Counted from the first letter of the stretch, positions 24,101 through 37,778 are shown. The stretch: DNA of 64,000 nt from Cetorhinus maximus (GCF_964194155.1 NC_135882.1:25482001-25546000); one strand, 5' to 3'. Made by a program: numbers and translations. Notes: a model not told the origin generated them from the sequence alone.

Positions 24101-25115
24101 GGACTGCAGAGCTTAGATCTGATCTGTTGGTTGTGGAATCAGATAGCTCTGTCTATCACTTGCTGCTTATGCTGTCTGGCACACAAGTGGTCCTGTTCAC
24201 CACGTTGACACCTCATTTTTAGGTATGCCTGGTGCTGCTCCTGGCATGCCCTCCTGCACTCTTCCTTACACCAGGGTTGATTTTCTAGCTTGGTAGTAGT
24301 GGTAGAGTGGGGGACATGCCAGGCCATGAGGTTACAGATTGTGGTTGAGTACAATTCTGATCCTGCTGATGGCCCACAGCACCTCATGATGCCTAGTCTT
24401 GAGTTGCTAGATCTGTTCCAAATCTACCCCATTTAGCACGGTGGTAGTGCCACACAACACAATGGAGGGTATCTTCAATGTGAAGATGGGATTTCGTCTA
24501 CACCGTTACTGTCATGGACAGATGCATCTATTGCAGGCAGGTTGCTGAGGAGGAGATCAAGTATATTTTTCCCTCTTGTTAGTTCACTCACCATGTGCCA
24601 CAGACCCAGTCTAGCATCAATATCCTTTAGGACTCGGCCAGCTCGGTCTGTGGTCCTATGAAGCCACTCTTGGTGATGGATATTTAAGTCCCTCACCCAG
24701 AATACATTCTGTGCCCTTGTCACCCTCAGTGCTTCCTCCATGTTGTGTTCAACATGGAGGAGTGCTGATTCATCAGCTGATGGGGTGGGGTGGGGCGGGG
24801 GGAGGGGGTGCGCATTATGTGGTAATAAGCAGGAGGTTTCCTTGCCCATGTTTGACCTGATGCCATGAGACATCATGGGGGCCGCATTCAATGTTGAGGA
24901 CTCCCAGGGCAAATCCCTCCCGACTGTATACCATTGTGCTTCCACCTCTGCTGGGTCTGTCCTGCCAGGGTCAGTGATGGTGATGTCTGGGACATGATCT
25001 GTAAGGTATGATTCTGTGAGTATAACTATGTCAGGCTGTTGCTTAATTAGTCTGTGAGACAGCTCTCCCAATTTTGGCACAAGCCCCCAGATGTTAGAAA
25101 GGAAGACTTTGTAGT
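21123..25115 (-). mobile_element. LINE family A, long decayed copy (APE endonuclease plus RT) split by a solo LTR
   Basis: QQPDIVILTESYL and GKNILDLLLSN (endonuclease); AGVPQGSV, MFTDD and QQDLDNIHSWTDKWQVTF (RT); internal deletions. Confidence 0.92.
22367..23613 (+). mobile_element. Solo LTR, 1247 bp, with 4-bp TSD
   Basis: TGAAGGG...CCCTACA imperfect inverted termini; GCTT at 22363-22366 and 23614-23617; LINE sequence resumes on the other side; AATAAA at 23458 and a TATA-like TATAAC near 22890. Confidence 0.88.
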
Positions 25116-25539
25116 GTCCTAATTAAGATTTCATGTGGATCAACTCAACTGCACACAATGATTGACAGGGTTTAAAATAGGTCTGAGCAGTTTCAGTAGT
25201 TCCCAGGGCTTGCTGAATTTAAATAATTGTTGATCAAATTCAAAAGTAACTATCAGTGGGTAATTGAGAAAAGCCATGCAGTAAAGTGAGGAATTTTAAC
25301 TTGGGTCAAGTTTTGGTCAAATGCAGAGCAGGGGTTGTGCCAAATAAGCCCATCATCCTCAATTTACATTTGATTGGTGGGCTTACATGATTGCGAAAAG
25401 CAGGCACTGTCCTGACCGGATTCCTGTGAGCTGCTACAGACTTATTAAAGTGTGAATTAACCTCTTAAAGGGAGGTTAAAGGGAGGTTCGCTGCTGCAAG
25501 ATTGGTCTCTCATGCATTAGAATGTGCAGAATTTCATAA

Positions 25540-26270
25540 ATGAGCTCTAAAGGTGCCTAATACCTTGTTGGATGTCTTAGTGGAAGTGTTGAGGGCAAGG
25601 AGGGGTGTTCCTGGGAAGCAGATCAACAAGACCTCGACAAGCCTGGAGAGAGGTGACAAAAATGGTCAGTTCCAGGAGCATCATCCCCAGGGATCTAAAT
25701 CCAATATCAGAAATGATTCAATGGCCTGACAAGAGCAGGGAAGGGTAAGTCTATTTTTCCATCTCTCTCAATAACAACTGTCGAAAGTCCTTCCTTCCCT
25801 CCCCCAGCACTCAAAGCAAATGTCTTTCTCTTCATCATTTCCTACAACACCAATCAGAAGAGTGCATATACCTCATATTCTCATTTCAAACACATAGTCA
25901 ACTCTTGCTTGCTATCTTCACAACATTCTGTTTTCACATAGTAGCAATTGCAGAACCAGGAACTTGGCTAATAACCCCTTTTTCATTCAATTTTCCATGC
26001 TGTTGCTTTATGAACAGCACCCCCCATCCAGCTTACACCTGGCTTCTTCTTCCTCTCAGCATATGCATTACATGCAGATGTCCCAAGCATATGCACTCCC
26101 CTTTTCAATAGCCACGGTCTAACTCTTGTCCTTTCAAATGACACACAATACAAAGGTGAGGAATAAAACCAAGGGAGGATGTGACCACCATTATGATCTG
26201 CACCCTGATGGACAGGAAGCTCTGGAAATCATTGCCTTTCAAGACTGATATACATCAATCACAGACCAAC
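25540..26270 (+). pseudogene. Harbinger Myb/SANT-like partner gene remnant, two exons
   Basis: LDVLVEVLRARRGV...QAWREVTKMVSSRSIIPR...K*FNGLTRAGK followed by GTAAGT at 25745; HNTKVRNKTKGG near 26142. Confidence 0.65.
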
Positions 26271-28429
26271 TGGACAGTAATGGAGTGCAAACATTTCATA
26301 TTGACAAAAGCTGCTGGCCTGTCTTCTGGCAAATTGATGTCTCCGAAAGTGTAGTCAATACACTCCTCCCCACAAGTGAAGGTAGCTAATGCTGCAAATC
26401 CCAGAGCTCTCTCATTTTGACTCTTGGCTTCCACACGAAAAGTGATGAACTGGTTGGTCCTGGCAAACTGGACATCTGTGACTTGCTTAATGCAGTTTTG
26501 TATTTCAGACTGAGAGGTGTTCAGTTAAGCACCCTGAAAGAAACCTGAGGCAAAAGGTTTAAGGGCAAGGTTGATTTTGACAGCTACTAGCAAAACATGG
26601 CTACCATACCCAGAAGGCAGCATGTCTTGTTACAGGATGCTGCAGAGATTAATAACAATCTGTCTGGAGAAGTATAGCCTCCTCATGTAGAAGTATACAT
26701 TAAAGTGACTCTTGACCTATCAACCCTGAGTTCTGGGTACGACCTTCCACAAGCAGTCATCCCTCATCTGCTGCCTCTCCTAGTTGCTGAGGATGCTGCT
26801 GCTGCTCCTCATTTTCCCCCTCATGAGGTATGTGTCCGCCTAACTCTCATAGATGCCTCTGCCATTCAAAACAAAATGGGTGGTTCAGCGGGGGAATAGG
26901 TAGGAACTGGACAGAAACCAGGTGGGGAGTTTACCAAAGTGGTGCTAACTGTGTGGCTGCCTGGTTCCCACTGAGTGGGTTGGGTTAAAGTCATTCTGTC
27001 TGTGTTTGTTTGAATATGGTTTTGTTCCTCCCTCAAGCTTTGCAACGTTTTGCACCAAGTAAGACTTGTGCACAATGGGATATTTCACTGGGCCTGTTCC
27101 CAGGCCAGCTATCTCAGAGGTTGGTGTGCAAACCTGTGAAAGAACCTTCCCAATTTGCCTCTAAGTTAACTTAAGTGCAAAATTAATTGGTGAGTACTTT
27201 TGCGGTATGTGCTTGGATCCACCTGACTTTCCAATATCACAGGTCAATCCGTGTACTCTGGAATCAGAGCCAGGGAAATCTCACCTATCATCTCAAATAC
27301 AGCTGGTTTAAAAGGGCAACCTGAAACAAGATTTTTCTTTGCATTTCCACAAGTTTACCAGCAGGACTGGGCAGTTGGGGATGGAAAACGTATCAGAGAA
27401 TTATTAGAATATTTTGCGCAGCAGACTTTCTGTCATCACCTATGTTGGACACCCAAGACTCCCACCTGGTTAAGAGGTGGACAGCTTTCAATGAGACAAC
27501 AATGACAGAGCTGAAATGAAATATCAAGAGCTGAGGCCCAGATTTTCGCTCCTGGGTCAGGTGCACAGGGATGGGAGAAATCCTGGCTCCTCAATCTCGA
27601 CCTTTAAAAATGGCTGCATGACACCTGAGTTTCAGTCCAGGGGTATGAACTAGAATAGGAATTGGGGCAGGTGACCCTGGAAGTAGTAAGTGGTCAGAAG
27701 CGGGCCCAGCGCTGGTTGAGCGACTTGGGAGGATATAAAAAGCAGACCTTCTGAAATGCCCATTTGAGAGGTAGGTCATCAATGGTGAAGTCCCTGCGCC
27801 TTGGAGGAGACATCACTGCCGTGTCGGGTGAGTGGGAACTCTGTAAATGTTGTCCAAATGTTAGCCAATCCTGGAGCGGATGGCCCATCATGAACTTTCC
27901 CGATAGGAGGATTGTCATTGTTGCTGCCTAATCAAAGTGGAAACCACTGAAGGACTGAAAGCATGGAGTGGATTCTGAAGACACAGCCATGGAGATAGCA
28001 TTGTCTTGCCACCACTACCTGCTACAAATATTATGCAGTCATGTAGTTAGCTGCCAAGTTTCAATGAATGGTGAATGGTGCCATGCTCATTATCACATCC
28101 AATTGCCCTCTTGCCACCCATCTATCAGGAAGCACCCACACTGTTGGCCTGTGACCAGGTCCCTCACATACACACACTGTTATGGCATAACGATGCAACT
28201 AAGAGGGAGTAAGTCAGTAGAGCTGTCAGCGGTCATGGGGTACAGCATGCTACCTTAGAGTCACAGCCGCAACATACATGGTACCAAGCGTTTGCATAGA
28301 GACATTTTCTCTACCAGGCCTTACCAGTAATCATTGATGATATGGTGAAAATGGTTAGTACATATAAACACATAAAAGTGAATGGGAGCATTGTAATCTA
28401 AATAGTTTGTGATGCATTTCACCTTATAG

Positions 28430-28720
28430 TTTTTTTATTCATTCATTCAAGGAATGTGGGTATCACTGACTCGACCCGCATTTATTAGCCAACTCTCATT
28501 GCCCTGTAGAAGGTGGTGTGAGCCGCCTTCATGAACAGTTGCAGTTCATGTGATGTAGGTGCACCCAAAGGGAAGGGAATTCCAAGGTTTTTCCCAGTGA
28601 CAGTGAAGGAATGATGATATATTAACAAGTCAGGATGGTGTGTGGCCTGCTGGGGAACTTGCAGATGGTGGTGTTTCCATGCATCTGCTGCTCTTGTCTT
28701 TCTAGGTGGTTTTGGAAGAT
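28430..28720 (-). mobile_element. LINE family A 3' tail fragment
   Basis: Matches 18978-19280 (CATTTATT..., GAAGGTGGTG, AACTTGCAG.TGGTGGTG). Confidence 0.88.
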
Positions 28721-28739
28721 TCATTCATAGAATGTCACA

Positions 28740-30610
28740 CAGGAGATGTGGGGAAAGGATAGGTCCAGCTGCCCACCCTTTCCTGACCAGCACATCCATG
28801 CTTTGGTGGAAAAGGTCCAGAAGATGAGACCAGTCTTATGCCCTATTGGCTGACATAATGCCCCTGCAGCAACCAAGATTCAATAGCGGCTGCAGTGAAC
28901 GCAGCAGGAGACCATCAGCGTTCATGGATTCAGTGCAGGTAAAGGTTCAATGACCTGCGTCCCGGCAAGGTAAGTAGCTTGGCTCACCCACACAGAGCTC
29001 CTAGGGGAGAGTCATATCTATATGCTGCAGCTAAGGTGCGAGACATGACGCATACCTCTGCTTCAGCATTGAGGCTTGTGTGTGTAAGCTGCTCATGTAG
29101 GTAAGCACAGAACACACGTGAATGAGCACTGAGATACACAGGTGCAGTGAAGAGCAATATCCCCTCCATGCACTATGTATCAGGCTAACATGAAAACATT
29201 TTGTTGTTGCATAGCAAAAGGGCAAAGGATGCCATGGAGATGCGCCAGACTGGGAGTGGGTCAGCCTGGCTGAGATGCATCTGTCCCATGGAGCAGATGG
29301 CCATGGAGATTGACAGGGTGCCTGAACAGCTGTCATTGGTGATGGTGAATTGCCATTAGCAGGTGTTGAAGTGTTGAAATCACCTTGCCACATGGTGTTA
29401 ATGGTGGAGGTCATGCTGTCACTTCACTGAACACAATGGGATGTTGGCTTGAGAGGGATTGCAAGGATAAGGTTGTCATTTGGGCAGCATGAGCATGGTT
29501 AAGGCAATGGCATGCATCAGAGTGTGCATTCACAATAAGGTGGGCTAAAACTAAATAACTCCATTTGTGCCTCACACAGACCCCAGCCCTGCTCCCTCAT
29601 TCACCCCAGGCCAGATCATCCCTTGGGTATCAAGAGGAGGAAGAGATATCCAATGAGGCAGCATCACATCTGACTAGCCCACACTCCACCAACTCAGATA
29701 CAAGCGCTTTAGAGGGATATAGTGCGCATGTAGAATTGGTGGCACAGGGTAAAGTCACTACACCAGAGTGCAGGGGGAGATGTCAGTGTCAGAGACATCT
29801 GTACATAGCCCCCCTTGGAGAAGGGAGGAAAGTAACAATGATACTCCAGTGGGCAGGAATGTGGAGCCTCAGGAGTCACCTTTTGGGGCACAGTATTTAG
29901 ATAATCAGCAGCAGATGTGTGGACAACTGGCGGAGTTCTCTGAGGTAGTGGGAGCTCTCAGACTGTGAATGGGGGAGTCCATTGCAGTCATCAGCTCTGC
30001 ATTTTCCCTGGGGCTCAATCTCATGAGCTCTGACCATGAGAGATTGGCCAATCTCATGGAGATACACATGTAGCAACTTAGAGTGGATAAAATAACAGCA
30101 TCCCAGCCAGGAAGGGATGCAAGGCTCACTCAGTAGCTTGGATCAGTCCGTTCAGAGCATGAGCACTGACATCCCCTAACACATGAAGAGCTGTGTACCC
30201 TTAACCAGATGATCGCACTGTTGGCACAGCTGTTGCTGGAATGGATAACTGCTGCACACTAGCAGCCAGCCCCATCAACCCCACCTAAGGAAAACCCCAG
30301 GGCTGCACAGGTCACTGAGGAGGGTGAGGGTACCAAGAGCTTCTCAGCACCCCCATCTTCCTTCACCTCTCCAGCCCCTTTGCCAGAGCCCTCGTCTGCT
30401 GCACATATGCCACTGACAACGGCTGCTCATGCAGAGATGCAGTGGCTTCAGTCTGAAGGAGGTTCTCAATGGGTGTCTGCACGATGAGACAGGTCACCAT
30501 ACTCCTCGTTGCTGTTTAGACAGAGAAGTGAACAGCCTGCATCTACTTCCTCTGAGGCAACACAGGGGGCGCACCGTAGGAGTGTGCAAGAGCAAAGGGT
30601 GCCATCTCGT
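28740..30610 (+). pseudogene. Harbinger Myb/SANT-like gene remnant, multi-exon
   Basis: AHPFPDQHIHALVEKVQK...IAAAVNAAGDHQRSWIQCR*RFNDL then GTAAGT at 28970; downstream exon-like segments near 29200-29350 and 29580-30600. Confidence 0.7.
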
Positions 30611-31689
30611 CTACAGCACTAATGGATTCACTATGGCCACACATTTCACGTTGAACATATTTACATACACTTGTACATGACTCAATGTGTGTTTGTATAA
30701 TAAGCTCAAAAAGAATAGTGACATCATGAAGGCAGTTCTTACCAGTAATAAAGAGGGTGGCATGTTGAGGTCCATTTCAACATGCTGTCAGCAGGATCAA
30801 GTTTGTCAGCTGATTTGTGATGCTTCAGAGGGCTTCTTCCTTCTCTGCTGCACCTGTAAGATTCCAGTGTTCAAAGGCTCAAGCAGTGAGATGATCCTTG
30901 TATCTTTTATTGTCCATCCAACCTTGACTTTAAGGGAAGCTCAATGATCACATTCCACCATCAGATGCTGGATGGTAGGTATGTATCAAGCATGAGTGTT
31001 GTGTGCAAGGCATTCATCCGCACTGCAGTGTTACACATTGGCCTAGGTGTAGGCATCTCAACTCGAGAGGCAACGCATTGTGCAGGTAATATTGGTCATC
31101 CGCTGTGCCCATTATTTTGGCTGCATTTGCATTCCAGCTGTCACAGGATGTGATTTGTGCGAGGGATATATGGAAGACATGAAAGTTGTATGTGGTTCCC
31201 ACATCCAAAATGGGACCATTGGCTGGAATGGATGGTGCACAGGTTCGTCAAAGAGCTGTTGTTGCACAGTTATGGGCTCATCATGCACAAGATGCCTTAA
31301 CTGCATGTATGCTACAACATAAAATCCTATCAGCATGTATAGAGGTTGAATTCTGACTTTGTCACTCTCAGCCTTGTGGGTATGGTTTGATTATGGACAA
31401 TTTGGCTGCATGGGCCCCTCATTTCGGGTCATTGGCATTGATGTGAGGGGTCAGGTTGTGAATAGTTTATTACCATGTGTGTTTGCAATATGATGAGCCC
31501 CATGGTTATGATGATGAGGGCTTCAGCCATAAGAATGAAACTGAGTTCAACTCATTGATATTTATTCTCTCCCTTGTGGAAGTTGGGCAGTCAATGAACA
31601 AGGTTCATTCAAGGTAGAAGTATGTCACCAGGGACTGGGCGATGGCAATTGTGATATGGGAGGACCTTATGAGAATCTATTTTGCACAA

Positions 31690-32160
31690 GGACCCATCTG
31701 CTCCTGCACAGAGTTAGCTCTGCCAAAATGCTCATGCCTCCCAGCTGCCCTGCCATTGGCAGCCTCCTCATCCATTTTGGAATCTTCCAAATGGACAGGG
31801 GCTTCCTCCTCACCATCGTCTTCCTCATCTTTCTTCTCCTCGGAGTTTGGAGTTCTGCCCATGGCATCATTGTCATTGATTTCTCAACCCCTCTGCTGGG
31901 CAATGTTGTGTAGCACACAGCACACCACTGCTATTCTTGATACCCTTGCTGGGGAGTATTGCAGGGCTCCACCTGAGCGATCAAGGCACTTGAAGCGCAT
32001 CCTTAAATTACCAATTGCCTGATTGATGGTAGTGGTAGTCCTGGTGGCAACATGGCTGCTGTTGTGTTGCACTCTGCCTCCATTTGTGAGCTTCTAAAGG
32101 GGGTTATAATCTAAGTCTTTAAGGGGTAGCCCTTGTCTCCTAGAAGCCAACCACGGATTT
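31690..32160 (-). pseudogene. Harbinger transposase C-terminal remnant
   Basis: GWLLGDKGYPLK, AIGNLRMRFKCLDRSGGALQYSPARVSRIAVVCCVLHNIAQQRG and an acidic tail; convergent with the Myb gene at 28740. Confidence 0.9.
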
Positions 32161-32419
32161 GGGAACTCCTCAACAAGATGCAATTATGTAAGTAATATAA
32201 AGACCTAAAGTCGGACAACCAAATATATGTAGACACAGTGGAGTGGTTGGTGAACTTTGTAATTTTATCAGGCCAAGAATATTTTTGTTGTTTTCAAAGT
32301 AAGTTGCTTGCCTTAAGTTGTACGGGTACCCTCCTTCTCCTGCTCACCTAGTAATGCTTCCCTATGTGGGAATCCTACCAAGATCAGGGGGAGAAAATTT
32401 GGATGGAAGGTTTGCTCAG

Positions 32420-33500
32420 AGGGAGACTCCCTGACTAATTTCCTTGACTTCTGTAAGAAAGTGACATTAAAAATGAACTGAAGGAAATCCTACTACCTGG
32501 CATACTCAGGCTTCAAAAAGTATTTGCTAAAGTTCTATATTAAAGCTAATCATTAAAGTTAAAAGCATCAATGGTATAATCCCTGGAAATGAGTAAGAAA
32601 TTAGTGGAAGGGTAGAAAACAATTAATATTTTTTAAAGAGCTTAAGTCCAGGTGGAATATTTATTGAGTGGGGTGCTTCGGGGCTCAGAATTGGAACTAA
32701 TCATGCTCCTGAAAGACATAAGTAACCTGGATTCACAAGCTTAATGCAAAGTGGCCAAATTTGCAAATGATATCAAATTCAGGGGAGGCAGTAGAATAAG
32801 AGGATGCACATCAGTAATTACAAGGTGAGTTAAAATGAATATACTAATTGACAGAGAAAATTGCAGAAGAAATGTAATACAGATAAATATAAAGTATTGG
32901 ACATAGGAAGAAAAATAAGTGGCACATGTACTTTGTGAACAAGTTGAAATAGCAAAGGAAGAGACCTCGGATTCTTATTGGATTCAAACTCAACAAGTCA
33001 AACCAATGCAGAGCAGCAATCTGAAAAAAAGACAATAGATAATTAAAGCATATGGTCAAAACAGTAGAATACAAAATAAAATAAATTAATAGTCAAACTG
33101 CAAAGTCCTCTGACCAAACAGTATATTCAGCATTGTGCACAGAAAAGAGCAACAAAGCTGATCCCTGGCATTAAGAGTTCTTAGTTAGGGGGAAAGACTG
33201 ACAAAACTTGAGCTTTTCATCTTGGAGACAAGGGCACTTTTTGACTTGTGGCAATACACACTCCACCCCAGTTTTCCTTTCTGTTGAAGTTTGAGGGTGA
33301 TTTTATGTAGAAATAAAGCTAGTTAAGGAATTGGAAAAGGCAAACACAGAACATTACTTGAAGTTAACAGATGAGAGTGGGAAACTGGATCAAAACAGTA
33401 AACGGCAAATCTAGAACTGTTATCAAGAAATGGTTTTGCACACCCAGTGATCAACATAGGAAATAGACTTCCAGGAGGAAGAATGGAGGTGAAAGGCAGG
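32420..33500 (+). mobile_element. Old CR1 LINE RT fragment
   Basis: Decayed LTNFLDF, SGVLRGSELE (from [10 protein letters not shown]), KFANDIK (from KFADDTK) and VINIGNRLP. Confidence 0.7.
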
Positions 33501-33652
33501 ATTTCCCATTCCTACTCGCAGCTGGGATTCTCTGGTCTACCAAAAGCCAATGGACCTTTAGCTGCCTCTCCAAATTTTGCATTCCCGCCCACGACAGTTC
33601 CTGACACGGGCGGGACCGGAAAATCCCAGCTGAAATTACTACGATCTTTTGC

Positions 33653-34088
33653 AAAAGAGAGACTTGCATTCATATAACATCTTTACAATCTCAGGACATC
33701 TAGAAATACTTCACAGCCAATTCAAAAGAAATGTAGTCACCGGTGCGCAGGGAAATATGCACACTGCATGGTCCCATAAACAGCAATGAGAAAATGGCCA
33801 GATAATTTGTTTTAGTGTTATTGGTGAAGAATAAATATTGGCCAGGACACCAGGGAGAATGCCCTTGTTCTTCAAATTAAAGCCAGGAGATCTTTTACAT
33901 TCATCTGAGAGGGCAAATGGAACCTCAGCTTTGCATTTCATCTGAAAGACAGCACCTCTAACACAGCAATACTCCCTCAATGCTGCACTGAATTGCCTGC
34001 TTGGATTATGTGCTCAAATCTCTGGAGTGGGTCTTCAATTTACAACCTTCTGACTCAGAGGTGAGTGAGCTGCCACAAAGTCACAGCT
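33653..34088 (-). mobile_element. Deu-domain SINE (SacSINE1/AmnSINE1-like)
   Basis: Reverse complement of the Deu core (GTGTCCTGGCCAATATTTAT, ATTATCTGGCCATT..CATTGCTGTTT) plus a tRNA-like head. Confidence 0.8.
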
Positions 34089-34965
34089 GACACATTTGTG
34101 AAACCACAGAAAATTTTAATATCTTTCTGGATAGTTGAGCAAAGATTAGCTGAATGGTCTTCATCCAAAACAACCTGATGATCCTCTGGCATTGTCATTA
34201 GTGGGTTAGTACAGTTTCCTCTTGAGAAGAATAAAATCTATGTTATATTGCGACTACTTAGTACCCTTTGCATGCTATAATAAGGTAACGATTACAGTTA
34301 TTTGGAACTAAACTCTTAGTATATTATATCGACATTTTTCTGTCCATTATTTTAAACTATGCTATAACACATTGATAAATGAGTTAGGGTCTCTATAAAA
34401 CATACCAAAAAAACTGCCTGTGAATGCACTGAGTGTCAAATATTATCTCCAATATTTCAATGCCACTGTTATTAAAGATAAATGCCTGCACCATTTACAT
34501 GTTTAAAAAAAAATCTGCTGCCTGTCAGCTGTTAGGCAGTGGAAAGTGTAGAATTGAACAGGACAGATTGGGACAAGGGGGCTGATTTCCTTTGAGAGTA
34601 TAATTTTTTTTTATATTATTCATTATTGTATCTATTAATTGTTTAAAATAAGTGTAATAATGACTCTTTTAAACTAGCAGACAGATTAAGGGTGGAATCG
34701 TCCCAGATTCGCACTGAGTGTGGTAGTGTGCAGGTGAAATTATGTTTTACCCACCGGCCGCAATGGCGGTTTTTCACGGCATATCATCCCAAACCCGCCG
34801 CATTATTTATGCACTTCTGGGAAACACGGCATTTCCAAGGCAGGTGGGCTCTCATTCGCCCGTCCGCCAGCACCCTGCCACTGCATCATGCTGGGTGCCA
34901 TATTTAAAGACCAGCCACGAGCACACATCTCCGTGCTTCCAGACCACCACTGCTGCACGGAAGAC

Positions 34966-35207
34966 ATGGACCTGAAACTGAAGAAGACTGCAGCCCCCAG
35001 GTTCAGTGACACATCCCTCGAGCACCTTTTGGATGCCTTGGAGGCCCACCGGGATGTCCTTTCTTCCACTCTGGTTGCAGGATGGGCAATAACAGCTCTA
35101 ATCCTGCTTGGAAGGCGGTGACAGTGTTGATCAGTGCCAACGCCCTTCAAAAGAGGACAGCCACCATGTGCTGCAAGAGGATGAATAATCTCCTCCATTC
35201 CATCAGG
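34966..35207 (+). pseudogene. Myb/SANT-like DNA-binding domain remnant (Harbinger partner)
   Basis: MDLKLKKTAAPRFSDTSLEHLLDALEAHRDVL, frameshift, then PAWKAVTVLISANALQKRTATMCCKRMNNLL. Confidence 0.8.
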
Positions 35208-35315
35208 AATCTTCTCGCACTTTCAACTCTCACACTCCCAAATCCATCACACATCTCATCATCAGTGCCTCCAAGGACCTCCTCACCCTCATCCCCCATC
35301 AGCATCCTCCTCATC

Positions 35316-35697
35316 TCAGGAGATGCGCAGCTCCTCCATCTCCTTCTCAGCCAGCTCATCTCCCTGCTGCAGCGCTAGGTTGTAAAGGGCGCTGCAGACA
35401 ACAATGTTGCATGATACCCTCTGCGGACTGTATTGCAGGGCTCCACCAGACCGGTCCAGGCACCGGAACCGTGTCTTCAGCATCCCGATGGTCTGTTGCA
35501 TCAAGTTGCGAGCTGCCGCATGAGCCTCGTTATACCATTGCTCTGCTGCAGTCCGAGGCCACCGTACGGGTATCATCAGCCACGGCATCTGCACAGCCAG
35601 GAACCTCAGTCGCTCTCTCCTCCATCATCTTCATGTTGCGTAGGCCATCAGGCATACAGTTAGTTCACCAGGCTCCATGATCCTGATGTACTCCTCC
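35316..35697 (-). pseudogene. Harbinger transposase remnant (N-terminal exon fused to C-terminus)
   Basis: PWLMIPVRWPRTAAEQWYNEAHAAARNLMQQTIGMLKTRFRCLDRSGGALQYSPQRVS; catalytic core absent. Confidence 0.88.
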
Positions 35698-36831
35698 TGC
35701 AGGATGACAGAGACAGGCACATGGTTAGCATTGGTGTGCCAAGGATCTGTCCTGGTTAAGTGTGATGGCCCCTCAATGCTTCCCGGAGAATGCTGGCTGC
35801 TACTTGGATGGCCAAAGATTAGTGTGCTGCATGGCTGCCCTGTTAGCTACAATCATGGGGGAGACTGGTCCAAACCGGATGCTGACATTGCAAGGGGCTG
35901 TGAGCACCTCCACCAGTGACTGCTCCATGGCCAGCTTTAGCAAGGAGAATGTACAACGTGCGCAGTTGTCTAGCTGTTCTGCCATCCACTAAAATGCTGG
36001 AGCATTAAAAAGCAAAGTTCCTTTATTCCACTGGCATCAAAACTGTATAAACTTCAAGGGAAAGCGTAACTCCAAGAACCAACTATTCACAGAGAATGTT
36101 CACTGTCGATGCTCCAGATCTCTGCCCCAGTTGGGGACTCAGCCCCTCAGTGCAGCACTCACCAGGTGTATTCAGGCTTGTCCTTCTGCCCAGCCCCTTG
36201 CTGCAGTCCTGCTCCCCTCTCTCTTCACAAGGCTTCTCAGATGCAGAATGCTTGCTAGTCACTCTGACTAGGTTTTCAATTCCCTTTCCTAGCTCTTTAG
36301 CCACTCTCAGCCACATTGCCAATCACAAATCCTGGCTTTGTCCTGGCTGCTTTCTCCTTCACCTCACAGCATCTGGCCCTGCCCCTCAGTTTGTCGAATA
36401 CACAGTTCCCTGCAGAGAGGGTCCCCAAGGGGCCGATCAGTTCCCCTGCTCCCTGCTCTCCCCCACCATTGCCACCTGCTGCTGGAGGCCCTGCAAGGTT
36501 TTAAAGGGAAGATTATGCAGATACATTCAAGGGCCATGCCATAGATTGTATGTTCCGATGACCCACATAACAGAAAATACATGCATCTGAGTCAAGGATA
36601 TGGTTGAAAGTGGGGTAACAATACACAGTATAATGACAAAAAGATCAATCCAAAGCAGTGAATTGTGAGCATATACCTGAATTCTGAATTTAGTCCAATT
36701 TGGACATTTTTTTTCTTTTATTCAATAGGTTCTTTACTAATATGGTTCCATAGCTTTAGGGACACAAAGATGGGGATTATCCATTAGAGGTCCTGCTCAG
36801 GAAATCACAGTCCAGGGCTGTGGAATTTTCC

Positions 36832-37778
36832 TTTTTTAAATTCATTCACGGGATGTAGGGCGTTTCTGGCTAGGCCAACATTTATTGCCCATCCCTAAGT
36901 GCTCTTACGAAGGTGATAGTGAGCTGCCTTCTTGAACCACTGCAGTCCATGTGGTGTGGGTACACCCACAGTGTTGTTAAGGAGGGAGTTCCAGGATTTT
37001 GACCTAGCGGCAGTGAAGGAATGGCGATATATTTCCAAGTCAAGGTAGTGAGTGGCTTGGAGGTGAACTTCCTGGTGGTGATGTTCCCATAAATCTGCTG
37101 CTCTTGTCCTTCTAGATGGTAGCAATCGTGGGTTTGGAAGGTGCTGTCTAAGGAGCTTTGGTGAATTCCTGCAGTGCCTCTTGTGAACGATACACACTGC
37201 TGCCATTGTTCACCAGTGGTGGAGGGAATGACTGTTTGTGGAAAGGGTCCCAATCAAGCATTTCTTTTCTCCTGGACAGTGTGAAGCTTCTTGAGTGTTG
37301 TTGGAGCTGCACCCATTCAGGCAAGTAGAGAGTGTTCCATCACATTCCTGACCTGTGCCTTGTAGATGATGAACAGGCTTTGGGAGTCAGGAGGTAAGCT
37401 ACTCACTGCAGGATTCCTAGCCTCTGACCTGCCCTTGTAGCCAGTTGTTTCTGGTCAATGGTAACCTCCAGGGTGTTTATAGTGAGGGATTCAGCGATGG
37501 TAATGCCATTGAATGTCAAGGGGCGATGGCTAGATTCTCTCTTGTTGGAGATGGTCATTGCCTGGCACTTGTATGCTGCAAATGTTACTTTCCATTTCTC
37601 ATTCCAAGCCTTGTTGCATTTATACATAGGCTGCTTCAGTATCTGAGTCGTCATGAATGGTGCTGAACATTGTGCAATCATCAGCAAACATCCCCACTTA
37701 ATGACCTTAATGATGGAAGGAAGGTCATTAATGAAGCAGCTGAAGATGGTTTGGCCTAGGACACTACCCTGAGGAACA
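36832..37778 (-). mobile_element. LINE family A 3' fragment
   Basis: [47 protein letters not shown]. Confidence 0.9.

Larger units (their letters stand above)
34690..36000. mobile_element. Compact internally deleted Harbinger with convergent Myb (+) and transposase (-) remnants
   Basis: TAA followed by GGGTGGAATCGTCCC at the left end; both ORF types recognisable; right TIR not seen. Confidence 0.85.

Noticed and set aside
23714-24208. 164-aa plus-strand ORF
   Set aside because: Antisense to LINE ORF2; a shadow ORF
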